A program made the position numbers and the translations under genes. A model generated the notes under the pieces. It saw only the letters and a program-made list of their open reading frames with translations. It searched no databases and was not told where the DNA came from. A stretch of 64,000 nt of DNA from a bacterium (GTDB lineage Bacteria > AUK180), in the NCBI GenBank assembly GCA_023144005.1, contig JAGLGN010000014.1, positions 29,984 through 93,983 of the forward strand, given 5' to 3'. Every line of letters begins with the position of its first letter. Positions within the stretch are counted from its first letter, which is position 1. Of this stretch, positions 8,649 to 18,896 are shown in pieces.

Positions 8649-11600
8649 TTATCTCACTATTACAAGTTTCCCTTTCTTGACATCCTCGTCATCGTCAGGG
8701 TTGGTTATAACATAGAAATACAATCCGGTAGCTATCGCTTTGCCGTCCTCATTCATCAGATCCCACTTCTCACCACCGTCACCATAAGTGGTTTCGCTGG
8801 TGGCGGAATGCTCAATGGCTCTGATAAGACCGCCTTTAATATCGTAAATAGTAATAGTCGCATTTTCAGTCAGCTGCACGAATACCATGTGATTGTTTTC
8901 CTGAAGAGCGTCCGCGGTTCCGTAGATGAAAGGATTGGGAACACAATGCGCCAGTTCAAGATTCTGCTCTTTATCAAAGTCCTTTGAAACAGTGGCGACA
9001 TTAGAAGGCTGGCTTTCAAGATCCGTGGTTCTGTTAAATGAGGTCACAAAATAGTAATATGTGGCATACTCCGTAATATAGGTGTCAACGAATGTATAAG
9101 TGTCAGCGGTCGTTGCATCGGCAGCACCGATCTTCACAACATAATCTTCATCCAACGGCTCTACACTGTCGTATATCGCGGCACTTGAACATCTGTAAAC
9201 ATAGTATCTGAAAATATCTCCTGCTGCTTTGTCCCAAGTGAGTGTAATACTCTTATTGGTATCTTCGGCCGCAAGGTTCGTAGGATAATCAGGAGAGCTT
9301 TCCAGGGTAAACGGGTCAGATGTCGTAATGTCAATGAAGGGTGTCAGAAAGTCAAGCTTCTTCACATAATACTGATAACTGGAATCACCAGCAAGAGGTG
9401 TATCCGAATAATCAATAATCGTTTCCGGATCTCCTTCAAGGTAGATCCCTGCAATTGTAAATGACTGCGTCTCATACATTACGGTCTTGGTCGTTCCTGT
9501 CTCGGAAAGATAATAGGTCGCGCCCCAATCATCGAGCTTCTCCCACCAGAGCATTGCTGTCGGGGTATCCCAATAAACATCCGTGTTGGTCGTTGAACCG
9601 GTCCAGATCATCTTGTACTGGGTAGTATCAACATCGCTGACCGTGAAGGGTGATTCCCCTTCGATGTTCTGGATGAAGAAATTATTTATTATAAGGTCAT
9701 CAGAGTCGTCATTGAATCCGGGAAGAGCGAGAATGACCTCGTTGAGAGGATCGCTTGCATTGAATGTCAGGTCCGCCGCATTAACGATATATTCTTCACC
9801 GTCGATGAACATCAGGATATCAGATGTCGTATCCGAACCGATAAATTCATAAACACCGCCCTGAAGATATATTGACTCCTCCAAATTGCCTGCTCTGTAA
9901 AGCTCGTACCTATCGAGGTCCTTTTCTCTGGATGCCGGGGAGCTCCAGGATAAAAGAAATACATTGGAGTTATCCTCATAGGCAAATTCACCTTCCAGGT
10001 CAATTGCCGCAGGTACAAGATGGAATTCATAATAAGCTGGCATACTTTCATTGAAATAAGCAGATTCTAATTGCGGGACCGAAGTATTGGAATCCCACCA
10101 CGCATCGTCATTCGAAGAAAGCGCAAATGCGTAATTTATAAAATCGGATCCGTTCATTTCTGATTTGAACTGCTCGGCAGGGACAATAAAATTATCATCC
10201 GTATATGGAGTATATGCAGTAGGCGCACCCTTCAAAGTACCGCAAAGCTGAGTAACATCACCCGTTTTCAACCTTCTGTACTTAATTGACGGATTAGTAC
10301 TGCTCAAGCCGTCCCAAGTGGAATAATATAAATTGTATCCGCAACCGGCGGGAACAGAATCATTGCCAGCGCCAAAATCAATATTGTCCCATACAATATG
10401 TATATTGATACCACCATCCGATACATCATATTTCTCGTACATATCAATGATCTCAGGTTTCGGTGATGGTGATTTATCAAGGCTGTTCGCGGGAGAGTAG
10501 AAATTCGTAGCTCCGACAACGCCTGTTTTATAGGCAGTATCGGCATAGCCGAAGGCCGTATCCAAATTGCCCTTCAATGTAACAAGGTCCGCGCTGTCTC
10601 CATAAGCGCCGGCAATAACAAACGGCACTACCGTGGTCTCACCGGCATCGAGCTGAATCGGGCCGACTGTGACCGCGATCGCATAATTACCGGGAACCGT
10701 TGCAGGGGCATCGAAATCACCCGGAGCAACGAAGTCATCGTAAAGATCGCCGCTTGAAAAATAATCCATGGGATTCAGCGGTTTTAGGAAATTATCTAAA
10801 GTATACCACCAGGTTCTTTCAGGATCACCGGTGGCATCGTAATAGAAAGTATAAGGGGCAAGCTCCGGATTCTTAGTCCATAGCGCGGAGGGCATAACAC
10901 CCGGACCGGAGTATCTATACGAGTACCTTATCAATCTGTTGTCAACATCGGTAAGCCCGGCTATCGACGAAGCGGAATTATCGGGTTGATACTGAACGAT
11001 ATTGAATGCGACCGGCGCATGCGTAAGCGCCTTGATACCAACCGCAACGGGGTGATCCGCGCCGAGAGTAAAATCGTACATAAAGCCGAAATCACCATCA
11101 TAAAGACCGCCGATAGGATCCTGCCATGCGGCATAATCGTTGAATTCGCCGTTGTCTTCAGTCTTGTAATAAAAGATATCATACAAGCCGTCACTGGAGC
11201 TGCTTGCTGTAAGTCCGGAAGTGGTCCATTTTGTATTAATGGCAAGGTCGGCACGGTATGTGATATATATCTCCTTGTCTTCAGCGGAGTTGTTGGTTAT
11301 AATATAATCCTTGATCAGAACATCTTCATAATCATCATAAGTCTCGTCCGCAGAAACCCCCCAATCAGACCATGTAAAAATGCTATTGACCTTTGAGGAT
11401 GCATATTGGTAGGTCCTATGAGTAATGGATATCCCAGAAGCGGGTGAATATGCTTCCGATTTTGTCTCTACCGTTCCACAAACAGAATAATGAGGCTCTT
11501 CATAATTTCCCCAGACATATGTATATCCCTCAAAGGAAAGGACAGGGTTTTGAACCAGATATGATTTCAGAAAAGGGGTATTTCTGAAGTCTTTAAAAGT

Positions 11601-11981
11601 CTCGACATTACCGGCATCGTCAGATATGATAATCGTTCCCATGAACATCTGCTCATACTCGGTCTGCTCGAAATACATACCGTCACCACCCTGAGGGTAA
11701 TTGTAAAACTCACCGTACCATGCATGTCCGGGATGAGCATAAGCATCAAAAACAACACCATCCGAGATACCCGTAGCGGTGCCGCTGTAGATAAAACTAT
11801 TGTCGTAAAACGCACCATTGCCCAAGTAGTCCTGTCCGGTAACCATACTGTACAGGAAATTCGAGTAGAATGTATTGATCTCAACATAGGGCGTTCTGTA
11901 CAGCGTTGCCGCACTGGGAAAAAGCCCAACCACAAGAAGGACAGCAACTACAAGTATTGCCTGAAGCTTGAATCTTTTCAT
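8649..11981 (-). CDS. Large secreted acidic protein with FN3-like domains and a FlgD/T9SS-like C-terminal domain
   Basis: Signal peptide MKRFKLQAIL (ATG 11981, GGAGG RBS); C-terminal VPNPF...IYDIKG...WDL.NEDG...GLYFYVI...GKLVIVR. Confidence 0.8.
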   Translation of the reverse strand: MKRFKLQAILVVAVLLVVGLFPSAATLYRTPYVEINTFYSNFLYSMVTGQDYLGNGAFYDNSFIYSGTATGISDGVVFDAYAHPGHAWYGEFYNYPQGGDGMYFEQTEYEQMFMGTIIISDDAGNVETFKDFRNTPFLKSYLVQNPVLSFEGYTYVWGNYEEPHYSVCGTVETKSEAYSPASGISITHRTYQYASSKVNSIFTWSDWGVSADETYDDYEDVLIKDYIITNNSAEDKEIYITYRADLAINTKWTTSGLTASSSSDGLYDIFYYKTEDNGEFNDYAAWQDPIGGLYDGDFGFMYDFTLGADHPVAVGIKALTHAPVAFNIVQYQPDNSASSIAGLTDVDNRLIRYSYRYSGPGVMPSALWTKNPELAPYTFYYDATGDPERTWWYTLDNFLKPLNPMDYFSSGDLYDDFVAPGDFDAPATVPGNYAIAVTVGPIQLDAGETTVVPFVIAGAYGDSADLVTLKGNLDTAFGYADTAYKTGVVGATNFYSPANSLDKSPSPKPEIIDMYEKYDVSDGGINIHIVWDNIDFGAGNDSVPAGCGYNLYYSTWDGLSSTNPSIKYRRLKTGDVTQLCGTLKGAPTAYTPYTDDNFIVPAEQFKSEMNGSDFINYAFALSSNDDAWWDSNTSVPQLESAYFNESMPAYYEFHLVPAAIDLEGEFAYEDNSNVFLLSWSSPASREKDLDRYELYRAGNLEESIYLQGGVYEFIGSDTTSDILMFIDGEEYIVNAADLTFNASDPLNEVILALPGFNDDSDDLIINNFFIQNIEGESPFTVSDVDTTQYKMIWTGSTTNTDVYWDTPTAMLWWEKLDDWGATYYLSETGTTKTVMYETQSFTIAGIYLEGDPETIIDYSDTPLAGDSSYQYYVKKLDFLTPFIDITTSDPFTLESSPDYPTNLAAEDTNKSITLTWDKAAGDIFRYYVYRCSSAAIYDSVEPLDEDYVVKIGAADATTADTYTFVDTYITEYATYYYFVTSFNRTTDLESQPSNVATVSKDFDKEQNLELAHCVPNPFIYGTADALQENNHMVFVQLTENATITIYDIKGGLIRAIEHSATSETTYGDGGEKWDLMNEDGKAIATGLYFYVITNPDDDEDVKKGKLVIVR

Positions 11982-12003
11982 AAGGCCTCCATAATTTTTC
12001 AAT

Positions 12004-12032
12004 ATTATAGCATTTTTCATAATCAATTTCAA
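12004..12032 (-). promoter_or_regulatory. sigma70-type promoter of the CTD protein/PorV (and possibly gap) unit
   Basis: TTGAAA-17-TATAAT with extended TG. Confidence 0.65.
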
Positions 12033-12237
12033 TGAATAAATAAAGGATTCAACGGTGATTATTACGCTCTATTTCAAATGCCCGTACTTGTGATGTCACT
12101 TCACATTTATATCAGACAATATCAACGGACCAAACTGCAGGAATTTCTATAGTCAGTAGTATTTAATGTCTCTGAAAAACCGCTTCAAAATGGAGAAGGG
12201 AATTCCTCTTTCGATTGAGCTTTCTCGGAATCAGCAG

Positions 12238-12954
12238 TTAAGAATAGTCACATCTGATGACCAATTTCCACCAAAGTTTAAATAGCGCATAAAAGACCCG
12301 TATCAGTCGGCGGGTCGTAAAGAACCGAGAGCTACCATGGCGGCGGGAATAATGATGTACCGGTATTTGCTTTATTCTATATCCCGCCCGCTCAATTTTC
12401 TTTACCATTTCAACACAAATCACTCCGGTATCGGAATTTATACTTATTCTGTCGAATACATTTTTTCGGATCAGCCGAAAATTACAATCTACTTCTTTTA
12501 GTTTTATTCTAAATACGATCTTCACAAAAATATTGTACATTCTACCGGCAAGAATTCTATAGAAAGGATCTGAACGATTTGCTCTGATACCGTTTACCAT
12601 ATCAATCTCTTCTCCCAGAAGATCGTACAAAACATGCAATTCTCTTAAGTCATACTGACCGTCGCCGTCAGCATAAAATATCAAATCTTTGGTTGAGTTG
12701 GCAAAGCCGCTTTTCAGAGCAGCTCCATATCCCCGATTGATTCCATGATGAATAACTTTTAGGTTTTCATACTCTCCTAACATTCTGGACAATACTTCCT
12801 TGCTTCCGTCTGTGCTGCCGTCATTTACGACTATTACTTCATAGTCATCCGTGAGTTGGCTCATTGTTTCAATAGCAACTTTGACTACATTTTCTATCGC
12901 GTTGACTTCATTTAAGCAGGGAAAAAAGGCGGAAATAGAGGATCGATCTTTCAT
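12238..12954 (-). CDS. GT2 family glycosyltransferase (DPM-synthase-like)
   Basis: FFPCLNE, VVNDGSTDGS, RGYGAA, DGDGQY; start reassigned to ATG 12954. Confidence 0.9.
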   Translation of the reverse strand: MKDRSSISAFFPCLNEVNAIENVVKVAIETMSQLTDDYEVIVVNDGSTDGSKEVLSRMLGEYENLKVIHHGINRGYGAALKSGFANSTKDLIFYADGDGQYDLRELHVLYDLLGEEIDMVNGIRANRSDPFYRILAGRMYNIFVKIVFRIKLKEVDCNFRLIRKNVFDRISINSDTGVICVEMVKKIERAGYRIKQIPVHHYSRRHGSSRFFTTRRLIRVFYALFKLWWKLVIRCDYS

Positions 12955-12961
12955 TTTTGGT

Positions 12962-12990
12962 ATTATATCTATTATCCAAGGATATGTCAA
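12962..12990 (-). promoter_or_regulatory. Perfect-consensus sigma70 promoter, probably leaderless
   Basis: TTGACA-17-TATAAT, then 7 nt to ATG 12954. Confidence 0.75.
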
Positions 12991-13033
12991 TTGATTCTTG
13001 ACTGAGAATGTATATTTAAATCTGAATGGGAAG

Positions 13034-13975
13034 CTATTCCACTTCCCTTTTTTCGCGAATAACGAATTGGGGAGATCTGTTGGTATTCAGAAAGAGGCGG
13101 CCGATGTACTCCCCTATAACGCCAAGCGATAAGAGTTGGATCCCACCAAGAAAGAGCAGCACAGACGCAATAGACATCCAGTCCGGAGTTGCTAAAGTAT
13201 TAAAATATATTCTTTCCACAAGGGAATATATGAGAAAAACAAAAGCGATAATTGAAACGAATATCCCCATCCATGTAATTGTCCGCAAGGGGATAATTGA
13301 GAAATTTGTAATTGAATTACTCCATACAGACAGCAGCCTTCGCATAGTATAATTGCTTCGGCCCTTTTTGCGTTTGCGGTGGGTGACATCTATCTGCCCA
13401 TAATTATCCGTTGTCCTCATGACCAGACAGTCGATACAAGGAAAGGGGCCCTCATACTTCAGCATTTCTCTCAATACAGACCTTGTGATAATCTTGAATG
13501 ATGAAAGATAGAGCCCTTTTCGTTTTTTAAGCAACAGCGTTGCCATTCGATTATTCACCGCACTACCGAAATTTTTAAATAGAGACTGGCGTTTTCGGCT
13601 AAACCGCCCGAAAACGACATCAAGATCATTCTCTTTCATGTGCGTCAACAGGACGGGGATATCTTCCGGACTTTGCTGCAAGTCGTCATCCATTATTATG
13701 ACCTTGCCTCCACGGCATGATCGAAGGCCGGCAAAGACAGCGTTATCCTGGCCGAAATTCTTTGACAGACGGATAATATTTATTTTGCCGGATTTATCGT
13801 ATAAGCTATTCAGAGTATTCCATGAATCATCTCGGCTTGAGTCGTCCACATATATTATTTCATATGATCCCGAGATATCCTCCATGGCGGAAGTTATCTT
13901 ATCCGTAAGTTCTCTGAGAGTGCCCTCGGAGTTATATACGGGAATGACAACAGAAAATTCTTTCGATTCACTCAT
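13034..13975 (-). CDS. GT2 polyprenol-phosphate glycosyltransferase (ArnC/GtrB-like)
   Basis: VVIPVYNSE, VDDSSRD, NFGQDNA, MDDDLQ; two C-terminal TM helices followed by GVIGEYIGR. Confidence 0.9.
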   Translation of the reverse strand: MSESKEFSVVIPVYNSEGTLRELTDKITSAMEDISGSYEIIYVDDSSRDDSWNTLNSLYDKSGKINIIRLSKNFGQDNAVFAGLRSCRGGKVIIMDDDLQQSPEDIPVLLTHMKENDLDVVFGRFSRKRQSLFKNFGSAVNNRMATLLLKKRKGLYLSSFKIITRSVLREMLKYEGPFPCIDCLVMRTTDNYGQIDVTHRKRKKGRSNYTMRRLLSVWSNSITNFSIIPLRTITWMGIFVSIIAFVFLIYSLVERIYFNTLATPDWMSIASVLLFLGGIQLLSLGVIGEYIGRLFLNTNRSPQFVIREKREVE

Positions 13976-13980
13976 GAGAG

Positions 13981-14009
13981 ATTATAACCTAAATCACTTG
14001 AAGAATCAA
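13981..14009 (-). promoter_or_regulatory. sigma70-type promoter, probably leaderless
   Basis: TTGATT-17-TATAAT, then 5 nt to ATG 13975. Confidence 0.65.
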
Positions 14010-14078
14010 TTTCACAATTGATACTATAACAATCCGGATTTTTGCATCCGATCCACTTTCGTACTCTACATTCAAATA

Positions 14079-15755
14079 TCACTTTGACTCCTTTTCTGTA
14101 TTTAACCTTTCAGATATAGGGTTCAATTTGAGGATACTGAACAATTCTCCGCTATAAACGACATCATAAGCCCCGGAGTAATCCCTGTAATTATCAAGAA
14201 GATAATTATTGAAGTGATCTAATAATGTTTTTCCTATAGCATCGTTCGTAGCGGCTATCAGGATTTTTCCTTGAACAGCTTGCTCCATAAGTTCCTCTGA
14301 TGAATCGATGCTGTAGCACTTAAGAGAGCGGTAATAATAAGGAGAATAAGTGTTCCACCCTCCTGGAATTGTTTCGTATTCCGGATAATCTTTAAACTCC
14401 TTCATCGGCGATGCACATTCATAATTCTGCCATGCGGGATGGATAGGAAGAATAGGCGCAATAGGTCCGTTTAGTTTTTTTGTCATCTTTCTCATTTCTA
14501 TTAAATGCCTTCGGAAATGATCGGCTTTGACAATATTTGATCTTCCAATATCGAAATAATTCAGAAGAAAAAAGACCGAGAGAAGCATTATCACCGTAAC
14601 TCCAAGGGCTTTACGCACCGGCACGGCATCCATACAGAGCACTCCGTGAAATACGAAATAGAAAATAAGAGGTGCCCAAATTCGCTCAGGAAGGCGGATA
14701 AATGAAAAGACAAATATTCCGAGCAAGACCCACACCACTGAGATCACAAGGGGGTCGAACCGTCGGTCCATACGAAAAAGGAAGAGAAAGATTGATAATA
14801 AAACATATAATGCGACAGTAAAGTGAATAGATATCGGAGTCGTCTCTATGTATTCCTTAAGCACTTTGATCTGTGCGTATTTAAATATTCCCGTTTTATT
14901 TTCACGGTTGAAACTTTCGAAGGCAACGGCATTGAATGTCTTTTCACCTTGGAAAAAAAAGTGTTTTGCGAGTTCGTACTCAGCTTTGCTCCAATTTGCT
15001 TTCTTTAGAGCTCCTTCGGTATTCTCATTCTCTTCATGAATATATGTCCCGTTTAAATAACCTCGAGCTTTTTGAAATTTCTGAAATTCCAATGACAGAG
15101 TTCTTTTATAATAGATCCCATTTCCCGCGATCAGGAAAAATGACAGCGCTATACTGGAAATAAGAAGTACTGTTTTTTTCTTTCCGCCTTTGACTAATAT
15201 CCAGATAATCACGGGTAGAAAGAACAATAAAAAGAATGGAAGGAATTCAGATCTTATCAAAAAAGATAGCGGCAGTAAAAGATAGGGTATGATCCCTGTC
15301 CATTTTAAAGAGGTGCTATGCTTGATATCGATCATAAGATATAAAAAGAATGCACTCTGCATAAACAATGCCGTCTTCGTGAAGGTCAGCAAGAAGAAAA
15401 TTCGATAGAAGAAAATTCCAGTAGTAAGAAGCCCGGCAAGAACAGCCTTGGTGTTTTTCAGTTTTGTCAAAGACGAAATAATCACAAACAGTGAAAATAT
15501 GGTCAAGATATTCAGGATTAACCCGTACCATGGAATACCGGGGGCGGCTTTATAAAGCACGCCTAGAGATGAGCTGAAAAGAATATTCGGGAACAATGCC
15601 TTCGCAGAAGCGACTGGACCAAGCCGACCGCTAACCATACGGATGATCAACATATCGTCATTGGTCTCAAATGTCTGGGGGGAAAATATGGTGCCGGCAA
15701 GAATGATCAGGGTGCCGACAAAGATAAAAACCGTATTTCTGCTATATTTAGTCAC
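14079..15755 (-). CDS. Multi-pass membrane protein, possible GT-C glycosyltransferase
   Basis: Many TM segments; acidic ETNDD motif in the first external loop; adjacent to a GtrB-like gene. Confidence 0.55.
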   Translation of the reverse strand: MTKYSRNTVFIFVGTLIILAGTIFSPQTFETNDDMLIIRMVSGRLGPVASAKALFPNILFSSSLGVLYKAAPGIPWYGLILNILTIFSLFVIISSLTKLKNTKAVLAGLLTTGIFFYRIFFLLTFTKTALFMQSAFFLYLMIDIKHSTSLKWTGIIPYLLLPLSFLIRSEFLPFFLLFFLPVIIWILVKGGKKKTVLLISSIALSFFLIAGNGIYYKRTLSLEFQKFQKARGYLNGTYIHEENENTEGALKKANWSKAEYELAKHFFFQGEKTFNAVAFESFNRENKTGIFKYAQIKVLKEYIETTPISIHFTVALYVLLSIFLFLFRMDRRFDPLVISVVWVLLGIFVFSFIRLPERIWAPLIFYFVFHGVLCMDAVPVRKALGVTVIMLLSVFFLLNYFDIGRSNIVKADHFRRHLIEMRKMTKKLNGPIAPILPIHPAWQNYECASPMKEFKDYPEYETIPGGWNTYSPYYYRSLKCYSIDSSEELMEQAVQGKILIAATNDAIGKTLLDHFNNYLLDNYRDYSGAYDVVYSGELFSILKLNPISERLNTEKESK

Positions 15756-17859
15756 TTGACCCGTCCGGTGTTATCTTTGCAGTAAATTCCCCGAAATCCA
15801 GAGAATTCCATGAGAAAACATCAAAATATATTGGATATACAATGCGCTTGCGGTTGTAGTAAGGCCATGAGTCCAAAAAGAATTTTGTAATATTTCTTAC
15901 TCCTTTATCTGTTTGCAGATGAACATAGAATTTCATTTCCGGTTGGATCTTCTTTTTGATCAATATTTCAAACTCAAACACGGTATATCCATGTATTGGC
16001 GAAACAGTATATGACTCGACATCAAAATGTTCAAATTGCTTTTTTTCCGGAAAATAGATCTCCTCGTGCTGAGGGACCTGACCGGCTCTGAAAAGATAAA
16101 TACCCTTCTCTTGAAAGACAAGCTCTCTGGAAACAAGCATCTTTGCTAAAGCGCTCCGTGGCATATCATAGATATCATAAAGGATGTAATCTATGCGGTA
16201 CTTCTTCTCGATAGAGGCCATGTAATCTATTCCATAAAGCGGGGAAAAATATCTGTACATCTCTACAAGCCGCAATTCTCGACCGGTGGACTGGGCAGGG
16301 AAATAATCCCATGGGAGAACATGGACATCATTTGAAGTAAAAGACGATATCAGATAGCTTGATTGAGGAAACGCCAGATATTTTCCCGTAGGAAGATTGG
16401 AATATACCTCAGAGAACATCCTATTTTTTGCAAAATACTTTACCGGAAACAATTTATAATCATTTCGAGTAAGCCACGGCGGAATGTAGCTGATCAATAA
16501 AAATATAGCTGCGACCCAAATAAGCTTGTCTCCGGATACTTTTTTCTGATACTTGTGAATAAGGAGCAGTAATATAAATGAAACGACGACCGGAATAAGG
16601 ATGATGACCCGGTATTTATTCATATATACCACAGGGAGTACTTTATATGCCGAAGATGGAATAAGAACCATAAATATCCATGGTAAAATAGTGAAAAAGA
16701 GCAAGATCGATATGCGCAAATATCCCGTTAACAGCCATAAAACAACAACAATTGTAGCGAGAATGACGGGGAAATACCATTGTTGTTTCACATGATCAAC
16801 TTTCTTTGATATTTCGATCTGTTCACATACCTGTACATTATCCATTGAATGGGGGTTCTCATTTCTAATAACCATTCTATTTCGATAATAATCCTCCGAG
16901 GGCGGCATTAGAGGTCCCTTTAGCACCAGAAGAAAGGAAATCGCCAAAAACACCAGTAAAGCCTTTTCTAGAAATTTGCCCTTATCGGTAAGCAGCAGGT
17001 ACAGCAGAAACACTGACAATATCGCGAAGCCGCTGATCATGTGAACCAGGAACAGGCATAGAAATATCGGTACAAGAAGATACTTCTTTTCTTGCAGCAG
17101 GAGTATGCCCGGAATAAAAAACAGCTGAGCAAAGACCCAGGGCTTGAAATATGAGTTACCGTAATCATCATGTCTGTACATAAGAAAATTCACCGCAAGC
17201 AGCAAAAGAACAAAGATCAGGCCGTGAGAAGGTGAGAATTTTTCAACCAACTCATAGAATCCTATCAAGGCGAAGAGGAGAAATAATAGAGATGAGATAT
17301 GCCAGACCAATTCGATGGATACGGCGCTGAATGAATGGGAAAAGGCGAGGAAGGCGAATTGGCCGGAAAAAGCATATTTAGAATCAGGCCATTTCGAGAA
17401 GAATGGATCAAGAACTGTCATTGTATCATTCTGTATAATGTTGATCGCTCGGGCGGCATAATACGGCGTGTCGGGGTGAACATCACCGATAAACAGTATA
17501 AGCGGCAGTACAAAGAGCCCGATCAAAAAATATTCCTTTTTCACTATCGGCATCAGGGAAGGCCTGTAGAAAAGTATGGCGACCGCTGTGAGTGCAATAC
17601 AGGAATACTGATAATACACAAACGGAAGATTGAATATATAAAATGGAAGAGATAGCATAAACAATGTGTTAATTCCCAGAAAGAAAGTGGTGAAAAGGTC
17701 TTTTCGGCGAAATATCACAGTTCCGATGATCAACGGCATAAGAAAGACAAAGATCAATGAAGGAAGGCCCGTTTTCAGAAAAGCGCTTACCGTAAGCAAG
17801 GTGAGGAGTAGGATTTTTACTGGAAGGCCTTCTTTTAACTGCATCTTAACCGCTGACAT
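15748..17859 (-). CDS. Multi-pass membrane protein, possible GT-C glycosyltransferase
   Basis: Many TM segments; HPDTPYY loop motif; soluble C-terminal region. Confidence 0.5.
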   Translation of the reverse strand: MSAVKMQLKEGLPVKILLLTLLTVSAFLKTGLPSLIFVFLMPLIIGTVIFRRKDLFTTFFLGINTLFMLSLPFYIFNLPFVYYQYSCIALTAVAILFYRPSLMPIVKKEYFLIGLFVLPLILFIGDVHPDTPYYAARAINIIQNDTMTVLDPFFSKWPDSKYAFSGQFAFLAFSHSFSAVSIELVWHISSLLFLLFALIGFYELVEKFSPSHGLIFVLLLLAVNFLMYRHDDYGNSYFKPWVFAQLFFIPGILLLQEKKYLLVPIFLCLFLVHMISGFAILSVFLLYLLLTDKGKFLEKALLVFLAISFLLVLKGPLMPPSEDYYRNRMVIRNENPHSMDNVQVCEQIEISKKVDHVKQQWYFPVILATIVVVLWLLTGYLRISILLFFTILPWIFMVLIPSSAYKVLPVVYMNKYRVIILIPVVVSFILLLLIHKYQKKVSGDKLIWVAAIFLLISYIPPWLTRNDYKLFPVKYFAKNRMFSEVYSNLPTGKYLAFPQSSYLISSFTSNDVHVLPWDYFPAQSTGRELRLVEMYRYFSPLYGIDYMASIEKKYRIDYILYDIYDMPRSALAKMLVSRELVFQEKGIYLFRAGQVPQHEEIYFPEKKQFEHFDVESYTVSPIHGYTVFEFEILIKKKIQPEMKFYVHLQTDKGVRNITKFFLDSWPYYNRKRIVYPIYFDVFSWNSLDFGEFTAKITPDGSSD

Positions 17860-17865
17860 GGCAAT

Positions 17866-17894
17866 AATATATCAAATTATTTGCCATTATCCAA
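17866..17894 (-). promoter_or_regulatory. Extended -10 promoter, probably leaderless
   Basis: TGa-TATATT, then 6 nt to ATG 17859; weak -35 TTGGAT. Confidence 0.5.
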
Positions 17895-18896
17895 GTCATT
17901 AATATGTTCAGCCATCGCATTTCCAATGATCTTATGTACCAATATCGAGGGGTGAGCATCCATGCGGGAAACAACGAGTTTTTTTTCGGGGATCTGAGAA
18001 ATACTGTCGGTAATGTCGGTATATCCTATTTCTGCGATATCCAGAAATTCGGCAAGCCGGGTCATAAGCGAACGGCTGGCCGCGAGGCCGGCAAGGTCCG
18101 GCACAAGGATCACGTGAAAACCGGTTGAATACTGAGAAAGGTATTCCCGTATCGACTCGATATTTTCGACATGTTCGATAAGCATATTATCCGATCTATA
18201 GATTTCTAATAGATATTCCCAATATTGCTCACCCAATTCACTATTTGCACCTTTGTAAATATTCCAAAACAATGAATTAAAGATAAGTGTATTATTGACG
18301 AGAAGGCTTATGAACGGAATTGAAGGGACATCCGGATATGCAGCTCTTTCTACATGATACTTTCTTCCAAGATAATCTACGTCATTTATATAGTGTACAA
18401 GAAAGACAAAAGCAGGCGTATCGGATCTGGTTTTCAGAGCTGCAACCTGGTCGGGAGTATCCCAACCGCACTTTGCGATGGTGTTAACCGTTAAGTCCGG
18501 CCCTACCTCTGAAGCAAGATAAGCCGCCATTCTATTTTTGATATTCTTGATGCCATGCCCTGCAGCCACTGAATCGCCTAAAACGACTATCTTTGCTTTA
18601 GCTGTATCAGTACTTATTTCATTGTCTCGATATCCTTGTTCATTGATCGGTTTCCAATAACGCTGCAACCATATTTTAGACGAAAGAGTGAAGCCAAAGC
18701 TATCCGAATTAATGAAAAAGGCGTTGAATGATATCTCCAATAAACTGAATATTAAAGTAATGATCGACAATAATCTTACTGCTGCATGTATTATTCTGAA
18801 TACCCGACCTTTATTTCTGAATTTACTCAAATACCTGAATAATGCGATAAATATGGTGGGGATCAGGATTAAGGACAGCCAATAAAATGCGCCCAT
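17877..18896 (-). CDS. Membrane-anchored SGNH/GDSL hydrolase family protein
   Basis: VLGDSV, HYIND and DAHP catalytic motifs; two N-terminal TM helices. Confidence 0.85.
   Translation of the reverse strand: MGAFYWLSLILIPTIFIALFRYLSKFRNKGRVFRIIHAAVRLLSIITLIFSLLEISFNAFFINSDSFGFTLSSKIWLQRYWKPINEQGYRDNEISTDTAKAKIVVLGDSVAAGHGIKNIKNRMAAYLASEVGPDLTVNTIAKCGWDTPDQVAALKTRSDTPAFVFLVHYINDVDYLGRKYHVERAAYPDVPSIPFISLLVNNTLIFNSLFWNIYKGANSELGEQYWEYLLEIYRSDNMLIEHVENIESIREYLSQYSTGFHVILVPDLAGLAASRSLMTRLAEFLDIAEIGYTDITDSISQIPEKKLVVSRMDAHPSILVHKIIGNAMAEHINDLDNGK

Noticed and set aside
12088-12106. TTGTGA-TGTCAC-TTCACA palindrome resembling a Rex or CRP box upstream of the gap unit
   Set aside because: Spacing is one base longer than either consensus and it is far from the -35; not supportable without footprinting
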